This document shows positions 1-9,961 of a stretch of 64,000 nucleotides of DNA, piece after piece. Numbering within the stretch: the first letter of the stretch is position 1; each line of letters begins with the position of its first letter. The translations under genes were made by a program, and so were the position numbers. Origin of the DNA: a virus; the IMG/VR virus record IMGVR_UViG_3300044731_000789, positions 12,203 to 76,202 of that record, one strand, 5' to 3'. The notes beneath the pieces were generated by a model. That model was not told the DNA's origin. It was given only the letters and a program-made list of their open reading frames with translations, and did no database searches.

Positions 1-183
1 TGAAATTCAGGCAACTTTTATATCAATTTTGGACGCATTGGTGGCAGAAACTTTGATTCCAGATTTTACAGAAACACATAAACAAACAATTTTATATTTG
101 GCAACAGAAACTGTTAGCAGATTGGAAGAAATTGGATTGAATATTTCTATCAACGATATTATACAAGTAAGAGGTTTATTATA

Positions 184-633
184 ATGTCAACCGGAAAATT
201 ATTGCCAACAAGAAGTAGCAATGTATTAACAGCAGAATTTAATGGCATATTAAATGGATATTATGCGGTAAGCCCAGCTATTGATATTTCAGCAATTGAT
301 CCAGTAGATTTGGTAATTGAACTTGCTATTACTCCAGGCACTGTATCTGGAGATAAGGCAGTATATGTTTATGCAAAAGTTGCGATGGATGGTACAACAT
401 ATTCAACTGGACCAGAAGGATCAAATGCTACTACCGATGAAGCTAATTTGTTTTATGTTGGATATTTGCCATTAAATACCAATGCTACACTGCAACGAGG
501 TTCATATAATCTTCGGCAGGCAATTGGATTCATTCCTCCAGCATTTAAAATTGTTATTAAAAACTCAACCGGAACCACTCTAGGCACAGGTAGCACTCTA
601 CATTACATCACGTATTTGGCGGATATTGCTTAA
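184..633 (+). CDS. Hypothetical virion-associated protein (beta-rich)
   Basis: 149 aa, rich in Thr/Gly/Ala; abuts the following structural gene. Confidence 0.5.
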   Translation: MSTGKLLPTRSSNVLTAEFNGILNGYYAVSPAIDISAIDPVDLVIELAITPGTVSGDKAVYVYAKVAMDGTTYSTGPEGSNATTDEANLFYVGYLPLNTNATLQRGSYNLRQAIGFIPPAFKIVIKNSTGTTLGTGSTLHYITYLADIA

Positions 634-2715
634 ATGTCATTGCTTATACTGCCTGAAAAGCATATTAGACAACCAGCAAAATATCAGATTAGCAAATCTG
701 ATATAACCAAAAAACTATACTTTGCTTTAGATGTACATAATTTATGTGATGCGGTTAGGGGACTAAAACCAACATATATTAATAGTTCAAAACGTGGAAC
801 ATCGCAGGGAATAGGCTTAAGCACTGTTACCGGCAACACTGGATTACAGTTTGCAACTGGCATCCCAACAAGTAACGGCAGTTATACCGGAGATTTTGCA
901 TTACATATCATTGCATACCCTGATACGGCGTTAGGGGCTTTGATACAAACAATTATACCAAATAACCCGTATTCACAAACTGGTATATATGTAAATGCTG
1001 CTGATTATAGTTACTTTTATAACCAGTTGGGTTTTGAAAGCTATAGTGGCGGTTCAGAACACGTGCAGGCGGCTGATGCTGTTGGAACGGGTATTAGGCA
1101 TTATGTCGCCACTAGAATAGGCACAACATCATATTTGTATGCTAATGGTGTATTGGTTGCGTCAGGCACGATTAAACAAGAGATTTCGGGCAGCAATGCA
1201 TCTTTAACAATAGGTGGGGGGTTATCAAGCGACAGCAGGTTTCCTTGTCGATTCCCGATCATTGCTGCAAACGTATGGAATCGAGGGCTAACGGCGGCTG
1301 AGGTAAAATCTTTATTTGTAAACCCTTGGCAGATTTTCGAGCCAGATAATTTAATAATACCTTTTTCATCCTCTTCAAATGGTACAATTTCAGGAACTTT
1401 TACATCAACAGAATCTGCAGACACCTTTGCATCGAATGGAACAATTCTTGTCAGAGGTTCCTCTGCAATATCTGAACCAGTATCAGATACAATTGTATTT
1501 AATGGTAAAACTCTTGTAACAGGAACATTTGAACTACAAGAAACTAATGTTGATTCCATATCTGTAAATGGTAAGGTAAAAATTTCTGGCCAGATATCTG
1601 GCACAGATGTTACAGATACTATTACATCAAATGGTAAAGTTCTTGTCAATGGTTCATTTGGATTACAAGAACCAATTGGAGACACAGGATCGTTTAATGC
1701 TGGTTCCAGTACAACTGGATCATTTATTGGCCAGGAAACTGGCCCAGATATTGTATCAGCAAATGGTAGAGTAAAAGTATCTGGGACATTTAACAAACAG
1801 GAAAATTCTGATCCTATTTCTGTATTAGGAAATGTAAAAATTTCTGGTACAATGATTGGAACAGAAATTGGTTCAGACGTTGTATCTATTATTGGTGGAA
1901 GTACATTTGGTGGACATCTTGGTGCATCAGAATTGCCAGATGTTATATCCATATATGGTAATACCAAAATTAGTGGATATAGTCAGCTTGCAGAAGTTGG
2001 TGCAGATATTGCACATGCAACAGGGAATGTGAAAATTTCTGGTGTTATTAGTGCACCAGAAATTAACAAAGATTCTATTCATATCTATGGCTATAGTGCG
2101 CCAGTTACTGGCACAATTGGTGCCCAAGAAGAATCAGATAGTATTCAAGTGTATGGATACAATGGTTCCCAAAGGCAACAAAAATTAGACAAAGTATTTG
2201 ACAGGTATGATTTAAACTTCTTGTCCCCAACAGGGTTTATTTTGGAGATAGACAAGATTCCTAACACTATGTTCTCATGTGTAGAGGTAAACCTGCCAAA
2301 TTTGGCCTCTCCTGTCGCCACTGTGGCTACTCCAATGTTGAACTACCCGATACCAGGGTATAAGATCAACTATGGCACCATGGTAGCTAAATTTGTCGTA
2401 TTTGAGGATATGTCAAATTACAAAGAATTGGTAAAATGGTTAGAGAGTATGGCAAACCCAATATCATTGTTCAATAATGATTCATTTGTTGAACAATACA
2501 GAAGAATGATGGCACCATCGACAACCATTTCTAGCAATTATTCTGATGCAACATTGTCAATCTTGGATAACAACAATAATCCAAATAATCACATACGAAT
2601 TGTTGACCTGTTTCCAGTTAGTGTTGGTGACATAACATTGGCATCAAATTTAACCAATGTCAGTTACAACACATGCACAGCAACATTCGAACTTTCCTAC
2701 TTCAATTTTGTTTAA
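634..2715 (+). CDS. gp3: Tail terminator (T4 gp3-like) C-terminal domain fused to an N-terminal LamG/ConA-like domain and about 12 repeats of 21-22 aa
   Basis: C-terminal NFLSPTGF...VNLP...F.V.EDM.NY.E...W...SDATL.IL.NN...DLFPVS motifs are typical of gp3; lies upstream of uvsY-uvsW as in T4-like phages; HYVATR...LYANG...VWNRGLT resembles LamG. Confidence 0.75.
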   Translation: MSLLILPEKHIRQPAKYQISKSDITKKLYFALDVHNLCDAVRGLKPTYINSSKRGTSQGIGLSTVTGNTGLQFATGIPTSNGSYTGDFALHIIAYPDTALGALIQTIIPNNPYSQTGIYVNAADYSYFYNQLGFESYSGGSEHVQAADAVGTGIRHYVATRIGTTSYLYANGVLVASGTIKQEISGSNASLTIGGGLSSDSRFPCRFPIIAANVWNRGLTAAEVKSLFVNPWQIFEPDNLIIPFSSSSNGTISGTFTSTESADTFASNGTILVRGSSAISEPVSDTIVFNGKTLVTGTFELQETNVDSISVNGKVKISGQISGTDVTDTITSNGKVLVNGSFGLQEPIGDTGSFNAGSSTTGSFIGQETGPDIVSANGRVKVSGTFNKQENSDPISVLGNVKISGTMIGTEIGSDVVSIIGGSTFGGHLGASELPDVISIYGNTKISGYSQLAEVGADIAHATGNVKISGVISAPEINKDSIHIYGYSAPVTGTIGAQEESDSIQVYGYNGSQRQQKLDKVFDRYDLNFLSPTGFILEIDKIPNTMFSCVEVNLPNLASPVATVATPMLNYPIPGYKINYGTMVAKFVVFEDMSNYKELVKWLESMANPISLFNNDSFVEQYRRMMAPSTTISSNYSDATLSILDNNNNPNNHIRIVDLFPVSVGDITLASNLTNVSYNTCTATFELSYFNFV

Positions 2716-2733
2716 AAATTTTTAAAATAAAAC

Positions 2734-2918
2734 TTGACAGATTTCAAAAGTTGTGATACAATACCATTGTTGGTGCCGGATTGGTAACATATTGGTTATA
2801 CAATATGTATACATATGGAACCAATTGGTTAGGTTGACCTAACAAAATTTGGTTCTAAATGGATCAATACAAATGAAACATACATGCGTAGCATATCCCC
2901 TACGGGGATGTTTGTTAA
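2734..2918 (+). repeat. Copy 1 of a duplicated non-coding unit (sigma70 promoter, palindromes, terminal hairpin)
   Basis: TTGACA-17-TACAAT at 2734-2762; near-identical to 52891-53086. Confidence 0.9.
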
Positions 2919-2962
2919 ACAGTTGTTGACATGAGCAAACATTTTTGATATTATGGTTACAT

Positions 2963-3400
2963 ATGAAATTGACAGAGATTAGAACAGAGTGGGAAAAAGA
3001 TAGTGTCATCGATGACCTAAAGATTGGTGACGAAGCAATCAAAAATTCCAAACTTCATTCTAAATATTTGGGAGAATTGATTGAATACAAAATGAAATTG
3101 GCTCAACACAAATCTGATTACAAACTTTTGAGACAAGTAAAATTTCGGTACTATCGTGGCGAGTTAACTCGCGAAGAATTGGCACAATACGAATTGCCCC
3201 AATATCAAGGTCCAAAACATTTGAAAAATGAAATGGGTGAAATATTGGATGGTGACAAAGATTTGCTTGATATTTTGAAAAAAATCGAGTATTGTGAAAT
3301 AACTATCTCTACACTAGAATCAATTATTAAATCTATTTTTTCCAGAGGATTTGATATCAAAAATCATATAGACTTTGAAAAATTTAGAAGTGGATACTAA
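2963..3400 (+). CDS. uvsY: Recombination mediator UvsY
   Basis: W.KDS.ID...LHSKYL...YYRG...I..RGF.IKN.IDF.KF..G; synteny with uvsW. Confidence 0.9.
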   Translation: MKLTEIRTEWEKDSVIDDLKIGDEAIKNSKLHSKYLGELIEYKMKLAQHKSDYKLLRQVKFRYYRGELTREELAQYELPQYQGPKHLKNEMGEILDGDKDLLDILKKIEYCEITISTLESIIKSIFSRGFDIKNHIDFEKFRSGY

Positions 3401-3622
3401 TTTTTAACAACAACTCAGAAACATTATGGCATTAAAAGAAAGTAACAAAAACCGAAAGAAAAAAGTGGAACCAACTGTTGAAGTATATGAACCAGTTATT
3501 CAAACAGATTCAACCATTGGTTGGGTTTTTATTATTTGTTTAGTCTTGGCATTTTTTGCTGCAATGTAATTATACAAATATGATCATAAATAGTTGGAAT
3601 ATTCAGAAATGTTATTCCAACT

Positions 3623-5128
3623 ATGTCAAATTATTTTTCTGCAACAATCACAAAAATTAATGAAGTTTTTATCCAAGTAGATTGTGAGCCATCATTGGCT
3701 GCAGAACTATATCACCATTTCTCATTCAAAATTCCTGGTGCAGAATTTCATCCAAAAGTTAAGGCAAGGATTTGGGATGGGTTTCTACATTTGTTCAATG
3801 TTCGTGAAAGAAAAATATATGCAGGACTTTTTCACCAACTTGTGCAGTACCTGCAAGAGAATGGATACACATATCGTGTACAAGATAATGGCTACTATGG
3901 CCGAATAGATGAAGAAACCAATATTGATCTACAAGATTTCAAAAATTGGGTAAAAACTATTTCTCTACAATCCCATGGTAAAAAGATTGAGCCAAGAGAT
4001 TTTCAAATACTATCTGCATTTGAATCAATAAAATATAAAAGGTTGGTAAACGTTTCGCCAACATCATCTGGCAAAAGTTTAATTTTATATATAATTTTCA
4101 TGTATCTTTTGGAACATGAGTTGTGTACAAAAATTTTATTAATATTTCCATCTACAGGATTGATACAACAGATGGCAAATGATTTTAGTGACTATTCTGG
4201 TGGAAAAATTTCTACAGATACTGTTATTCATTTGATATATTCTGGACAAGATAAAAAATCTTGTAAACCAATTCATTTTTCAACTTTTCAAAGTTTATAT
4301 AAATTGCCTGGGTCATTTTATGACACATATGATTGTGTCGCAGGCGACGAAATTCATTTGGCCCAATCTTCATCTTATGTAAAAATTTTGGAAAATTGTA
4401 GAGATATTAAATACAGATTTGGATTTACTGGAACACTTTCGTCAAAAAATAAAACCCACAGATTGGTTGTCCAAGGTTTGCTTGGTCAAGCAAAACAGTT
4501 TACCACTACTGCAGAATTAATTGAAAGAAAAGAGGCATCAGATATTCAAATTACTTGTGTAATATTGGATTATTCAGATGAAACAAAATCAGCAAACAAG
4601 AAAACAAAATATGCGCAAGAATTTGCATTGATATGCAACCATGTGCGCAGAAATGCTTTTATCAAAAAATTGGCAATAGATTTGTCTGGAAATACTTTGA
4701 TACTTTTTCAACATAAAGAACAGGGAAAATTGTTGTACAATATGATCAAAGAAGAGTATGACAAAGTTTTTTATATTGATGGAGACATACTGGCCACAGA
4801 AAGGGAGAAAATACGCCAATATTTGGAGACAGTGGATGACGCAATCATTTTGGCTAGTTATGGTACAACTTCTACTGGATGGAGCGTGAGGAACCTCCAC
4901 AACGGTATTTTTGCATCACCATACAAATCTGAAATAAAAGTGTTACAAAGTTTGGGAAGAGGTTTAAGGAAACATGATTCCAAAGAAGAGTTCAAATTAT
5001 ATGACATAGTTGATGACCTATCTTGGAAAAATAGGGAAAATTATACATTGCAGCACTTTGCTGAAAGAGTTGGTTATTATGCCAAAGATTCTTTACCATA
5101 TAAAATAATTAGGGTAAAAATAGAATAA
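3623..5128 (+). CDS. uvsW: UvsW SF2 DNA helicase
   Basis: SPTSSGKS Walker A, DEIH, GFTGT and LQSLGRGLR motifs. Confidence 0.95.
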   Translation: MSNYFSATITKINEVFIQVDCEPSLAAELYHHFSFKIPGAEFHPKVKARIWDGFLHLFNVRERKIYAGLFHQLVQYLQENGYTYRVQDNGYYGRIDEETNIDLQDFKNWVKTISLQSHGKKIEPRDFQILSAFESIKYKRLVNVSPTSSGKSLILYIIFMYLLEHELCTKILLIFPSTGLIQQMANDFSDYSGGKISTDTVIHLIYSGQDKKSCKPIHFSTFQSLYKLPGSFYDTYDCVAGDEIHLAQSSSYVKILENCRDIKYRFGFTGTLSSKNKTHRLVVQGLLGQAKQFTTTAELIERKEASDIQITCVILDYSDETKSANKKTKYAQEFALICNHVRRNAFIKKLAIDLSGNTLILFQHKEQGKLLYNMIKEEYDKVFYIDGDILATEREKIRQYLETVDDAIILASYGTTSTGWSVRNLHNGIFASPYKSEIKVLQSLGRGLRKHDSKEEFKLYDIVDDLSWKNRENYTLQHFAERVGYYAKDSLPYKIIRVKIE

Positions 5129-5186
5129 CACCTTGAAATATGTTATTTCACTATTATAGTTACAGGAATAAACTAATTGGTGAAAT

Positions 5187-5540
5187 ATGGATAAGAATGA
5201 AACAATTGTTTTAAATATTCATTTAAAAAATGGTGTTCAATTGATTGGAGAAATGGAATATTCTGATGAACATTCTACAGGAATTCTTAGACCAATTGAA
5301 ATCAGAAAAAGACCGTCATTCGGTAAAAATGGTGTATATGAAGTAATTACAACTTCTCCATTTTTATTAATGTCTGATTCATTTTTGTGTTCTATTCCAT
5401 CTTCAGAAATATTGGTACGAGGATGGTTACATGAAGATTTGTATGAAATGTACACAAAGTTAGCTTCAAAATATTATATGGATGTTTCTGAAATTATGGA
5501 AACAGATTTGCCCGACGAAGATAAAGGAACAATGCATTGA
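5187..5540 (+). CDS. Conserved hypothetical protein between uvsW and gp55 (possible Sm-like fold)
   Basis: L.NG..LIGE N-terminus and position. Confidence 0.5.
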   Translation: MDKNETIVLNIHLKNGVQLIGEMEYSDEHSTGILRPIEIRKRPSFGKNGVYEVITTSPFLLMSDSFLCSIPSSEILVRGWLHEDLYEMYTKLASKYYMDVSEIMETDLPDEDKGTMH

Positions 5541-6184
5541 TAGCAGAAATTCAAAATGCCAAAAAAGCCAAAGACATTTATGTAGACAATGAAAGATTTG
5601 CTGCAGAATATGATAAATGGATAACAGAAGTTCACCATGCTCGTGCAAATGGTCTAAAAGACCCAAGAATTACAGAATATCTTGGGGAATGTATTTTAAA
5701 AATTTGTACAAGATTAACCTATATGCCATCATTTTACAACTATAGTTGGAAAAATGAATTTATTACAAATGCTATAGAAAATTGTATTAAATATTTTGAT
5801 CGATATGATAAAAATGCCATTTCAAAAAGAACTGGTAAAAAAACTGCTGGACCGTTTTCATATTTTACAACTATTGCATATTGGGCGTTTGTTCGCACAA
5901 TTTTGATAGAGAAAAAAGAATTGAAGAAAAAGCAGAAATATATTTCTCAATTGTCTTCAGTGATTACAGAAATTAGAGAATATGATTCTGAAGAATTTGA
6001 CAATGAATATATAAATTATTTGAAACGGATGTTGGATGAAGATTTTTCGGGTGACGAAAAAAATGGTGAAAAGTTGAAAAAAGATGTTGACAATTTGGAA
6101 GAAGATGATATACTGGATATCATTGAATTGGACAAAGATTTGGCACTGGAAGTGTTGGAATATGATGAAGATGAAATTTTTTAG
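5537..6184 (+). CDS. gp55: Late-transcription sigma factor
   Basis: YVDNE.F...YLGECILKI..RL...F.NY...ENCIKY...PFSYFT.IAY.AF. Confidence 0.93.
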   Translation: MIAEIQNAKKAKDIYVDNERFAAEYDKWITEVHHARANGLKDPRITEYLGECILKICTRLTYMPSFYNYSWKNEFITNAIENCIKYFDRYDKNAISKRTGKKTAGPFSYFTTIAYWAFVRTILIEKKELKKKQKYISQLSSVITEIREYDSEEFDNEYINYLKRMLDEDFSGDEKNGEKLKKDVDNLEEDDILDIIELDKDLALEVLEYDEDEIF

Positions 6185-6210
6185 TATAATCTGTTATACT
6201 AGTACAACCG

Positions 6211-6218
6211 TATAAATA
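6211..6218 (+). promoter_or_regulatory. T4-type late promoter TATAAATA upstream of the RNA genes
   Basis: Exact TATAAATA in intergenic DNA. Confidence 0.7.
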
Positions 6219-6227
6219 GATATAAAT

Positions 6228-6322
6228 TCCAGGTAGTGTTACCATGGGAGCCAAGCAATGGGTGGTCGCTCCACCCCGCAAACGTCAGCGTCAGGCGTGA
6301 CATTGGGAGAGATACCAGACCA
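6228..6322 (+). ncRNA. Candidate GC-rich structured small RNA preceding the tRNA
   Basis: GC-rich island; hairpin GGGTGG-TCGCT-CCACCC; GTCA/TGAC and CAATG/CATTG pairings; ends in CCA. Confidence 0.5.
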
Positions 6323-6327
6323 ATTAT

Positions 6328-6400
6328 TGCGGGGTAGTAGAAAAGTGCTATGCAAGGCTCATAACCTTGAGAACCGGAGCGTTACCGGCGACCGCTACCA
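6328..6400 (+). tRNA. Atypical tRNA with CAT anticodon (Met, fMet or Ile2 unresolved)
   Basis: Anticodon arm CAAGG-CTCATAA-CCTTG, D stem GTAG/CTAT, encoded 3' ACCA; T-loop AGCGTTA is non-canonical. Confidence 0.75.
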
Positions 6401-6665
6401 AATATGGGATATATTATGACAATTAACGAACATGTATCAATAATTCGTGAAATTAATACTGAGTTGGCAATATTTAAACACAAATTAAATATTTTTGCCA
6501 GCATTGGAGCCAGTAAACATGTGTCTGACTGCGCCTTTTCAATAGGGTTGCGTTTAGACCGGCGCAAAAGACACGTTGCTGCAATTAATTGTTTCCAAAT
6601 TTAACTTGACAATCTGATATCAAATGTAGTATACTCAAATTTTACTACATCTGATATCAATCCTT

Positions 6666-7691
6666 ATGAAAATATGCCTATTAGGCGATTGCCATTTCTG
6701 TTACAAAAATTCATTTAATGAATATTACAAAAAGTTTTATTCACAAGTCTTTTTTCCCTATCTTGAAGCAAATAATATAAAAACAGTTGTTCAATTTGGT
6801 GACATTTTTGATAATCGTTCCAAATTGGATATTATTGGTTTAGAATTTGCTAATATGGAATTCTTTTCAAAATTCACCGATGCGATAAGATTGGTTACAT
6901 TACTTGGTAATCATGATATTGTTAAGAAAAACACCTTGAAACATAATTCACCAAACGTTGCTATAGATAGCTCATATTGGGTGAATATTGTTTCCAAACC
7001 ATTTGGATTTGGAAACTGTCTTATTATACCATGGATATGTGAAGAAAATTCTGCAGAAATATTTTCGGCAATCGAAAAAACTAGCTGCAAATTTTTGTTT
7101 GCTCATTTGGAATTATCTGGATTTGAAATGAATAGGGGCTATATAATGGAAAATGGACATGATCCAAAACTCTTTTCGAAGTTCGAAAAAGTGTTTTCAG
7201 GCCATTATCATTGTCCAAGTTCTGGTGGAAATGTTGTGTACCTTGGTACACCATATGAACTGACTTTTTCGGATTGTGATGATCAAAAATATTTTTACAT
7301 ATTTGATACAGAAACTGGTGATTTGGAAGCAATACCAAATCCATACAAAATGTTTCACAAAATTGTCTACAATGAGGGATCGGATTACGATCTAAGTTCT
7401 GTAGAAAATTGTATTGTGAAAGTTATTGTTGAAGCAAAAACTGATCAAATGAAGTATGATATTTTCATGAAAACGTTGACAGAATGTAATCCAATGGAAT
7501 TAAAAGTTGTTGAAAACTTTGAGCAATTTGGTGATGAAAAAATAGATGTTGACAATATTGATATTTCTGATACACTATCTTTGTTATCAAAATATGTGGA
7601 AGAGACTTCCATGGATATTGATAAAGGATATATGAAAAATATATTGAATGATCTTTATAATGATGCGATAAAATTGGAATATGGTGAATAA
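6666..7691 (+). CDS. gp47: Recombination nuclease, Mre11/SbcD-like
   Basis: GDCH, GDIFD, GNHD and SGHYH metallophosphoesterase motifs. Confidence 0.95.
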   Translation: MKICLLGDCHFCYKNSFNEYYKKFYSQVFFPYLEANNIKTVVQFGDIFDNRSKLDIIGLEFANMEFFSKFTDAIRLVTLLGNHDIVKKNTLKHNSPNVAIDSSYWVNIVSKPFGFGNCLIIPWICEENSAEIFSAIEKTSCKFLFAHLELSGFEMNRGYIMENGHDPKLFSKFEKVFSGHYHCPSSGGNVVYLGTPYELTFSDCDDQKYFYIFDTETGDLEAIPNPYKMFHKIVYNEGSDYDLSSVENCIVKVIVEAKTDQMKYDIFMKTLTECNPMELKVVENFEQFGDEKIDVDNIDISDTLSLLSKYVEETSMDIDKGYMKNILNDLYNDAIKLEYGE

Positions 7692-7947
7692 CATCAACTA
7701 ATAGATGTATCAAATGGGTCAATAGAATCTGGATACATGTGTGTAAAATGTGGTGAATTATTTAAATCATACGGAAAATAGTTATGTTATGTCCAATATG
7801 TCACAATACAGTTTCATCTGGTAGATGTTACCATTCTTTACAAGAAAGAACTGTTGCAGCAAATTTTGCCAGTAGGGTAATCTATAATTACAATATGGGC
7901 AAAATAGATGTATCAGATTATGTAAAACAAATGAATTTGAAAAATAG

Positions 7948-9669
7948 ATGATAAAATTTACACGAGTATTTTATAAAAATTTCTTATCAAGTGGTTCCGG
8001 TGGAACAGAAATTTTTTTAGATAAAACATCTTCATCACTATTGGTTGGTCGGAATGGTTCAGGCAAAAGTTCCATGATTGACGCAATATGCTTTGCATTA
8101 TTCAACAAATCTTTCCGAAATTTATCAAAACCAAAAATTGTAAACTCTAAAAACAAAAAACAATGCCTCTGCGAAGTAAACTTCGAAATTGGTACAAAAC
8201 AGTATCTAGTAAAAAGAGGCATCAAACCAGATATTTTTGAAATTTGGATCGATAATGAAATGGTCGATCAATCTGCAAAAAAGTTTGATTACCAGGAATA
8301 TCTTGAACAACAAATTTTACAATTAAACTATAAATCTTTTACTCAGATTGTAATACTTGGTTCCAGGGCATATACACCATTTATGGAACTAAAGACTGGT
8401 CCAAGACGAGAAGTGATAGAAGATTTGTTGGATTTGACAATTTTTTCAAAAATGAATTTGGTATTAAAGGAACGTATCAAATCTTTGACAGATTCTGTCC
8501 AGAAGTTGGATACAAAAATTGATTCATTATATAATACAAAATCACTTAAAGAAAAATATGTTCAGCAAGCTGAAAAACAAAATCAATCAATTGAAGAAAG
8601 TATTATATCAAATATTGATACAACCAATACAAAATTATCACAAGTAGAACAAAATTTAGAAAAGAATAAACAAGAATTTGAAAGACTTCTTTCAGAATTG
8701 GTTACAGATAGTAGACCATTAGAAAAGAAACTGAATAAATTTGTTGAAATACGTGGTGGTATTTTAAGTAATAAAACCAATCATACAAAGATTGTACAAT
8801 TTTATAGTAAATATGATTCTTGTCCAACATGTAACCAAGAAATTGATGAAGAATTCAAATCTGGCTTAATACTTGATTCCACATCAAAATTGGAATCATA
8901 TGAAGCAGGATTGGTCGATCTAAATGCAAAAATAGATTTGCATCAAAAACAGGTAAGAGAAATTAATAACAATGCAGCAATTCTTACCAATTTGCAATCA
9001 ACTATTAGAAATTTTGAACACCATAAGGAAACACTGTTATATCAATTGAAACAATATGAAAAACAGTTGACAGATGCACAAAATAGGAATACAATAGATA
9101 CCAATACCGAGAAAAACGAGATTGCTCAGTTACTGAGCCAAATTGAAGAATATACTGCAGAAAAGGATAGTTTGGAATATTCCAAAAAGTATTTGAATAT
9201 GTCTGGAAAATTGTTGAAAGATGATGGCATCAAAACCATGATTATTTCACAATATTTGCCAGTTATAAACAAATTGATCAATCATTATCTTACAGTAATG
9301 GATTTCTTTGTATCATTTAATTTTGATGAAAATTTTGACGAAATAATTAAATCCAGACATAGGGACAATTTTTCATACGCCAACCTATCAGAAGGCGAGA
9401 AGATGAGGGTGAATTTATCGATACTGTTTACATTTAGAAAGATTGCATCATTGAAAAATACTTGTAATACTAATTTGTTGATATTGGACGAAATTGCAGA
9501 TTCAGTCTTGGACTCAGATGGAATAGAAATTTTGACCCAAATTTTGAAAGAGTTTGAAGACAATAATGTCTTTATGATTTCCCACAAAGATGAAATGATG
9601 GATAAATTTGATAGAACATTGAAATTTTTTAAACAAAATGATTACTCAATTATGGAGGAAATTGGTTGA
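7948..9669 (+). CDS. gp46: Recombination ATPase, Rad50/SbcC-like
   Basis: GRNGSGKS Walker A, CPTC zinc hook, LSEGE signature, LILDE Walker B. Confidence 0.95.
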   Translation: MIKFTRVFYKNFLSSGSGGTEIFLDKTSSSLLVGRNGSGKSSMIDAICFALFNKSFRNLSKPKIVNSKNKKQCLCEVNFEIGTKQYLVKRGIKPDIFEIWIDNEMVDQSAKKFDYQEYLEQQILQLNYKSFTQIVILGSRAYTPFMELKTGPRREVIEDLLDLTIFSKMNLVLKERIKSLTDSVQKLDTKIDSLYNTKSLKEKYVQQAEKQNQSIEESIISNIDTTNTKLSQVEQNLEKNKQEFERLLSELVTDSRPLEKKLNKFVEIRGGILSNKTNHTKIVQFYSKYDSCPTCNQEIDEEFKSGLILDSTSKLESYEAGLVDLNAKIDLHQKQVREINNNAAILTNLQSTIRNFEHHKETLLYQLKQYEKQLTDAQNRNTIDTNTEKNEIAQLLSQIEEYTAEKDSLEYSKKYLNMSGKLLKDDGIKTMIISQYLPVINKLINHYLTVMDFFVSFNFDENFDEIIKSRHRDNFSYANLSEGEKMRVNLSILFTFRKIASLKNTCNTNLLILDEIADSVLDSDGIEILTQILKEFEDNNVFMISHKDEMMDKFDRTLKFFKQNDYSIMEEIG

Positions 9670-9961
9670 AACTTGAAATAAATGATCCATTTGAACTACT
9701 ATATTCAACAAATGTGCAGGAACTGCAAAATGGTTGCATTTTAATTACGATTAATACAATGAATGGGTATGTATGCGAACATTTTCCGTTGACAGAAATG
9801 TACCATTGTGATACAATGCATTTTTTTGATGAAGACACATCGTTCCAAACATGTTCAGTTAAACTGACGATATCTGGAAAGAATGTTAACACATTATATA
9901 GAAGATTTTGTGAATATACTGGAAATTATGAATATCTTTTTGTACCTTATGAGCAATTTGA

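Noticed and set aside
1101-1967. 288-aa minus-strand ORF and many similar antisense ORFs in the track
   Set aside because: They are shadows of well-supported + strand genes and show no motifs of their own
6382-6567. Minus-strand 61-aa ORF overlapping the tRNA
   Set aside because: It is antisense to a plausible + strand gene and to the tRNA 3' end
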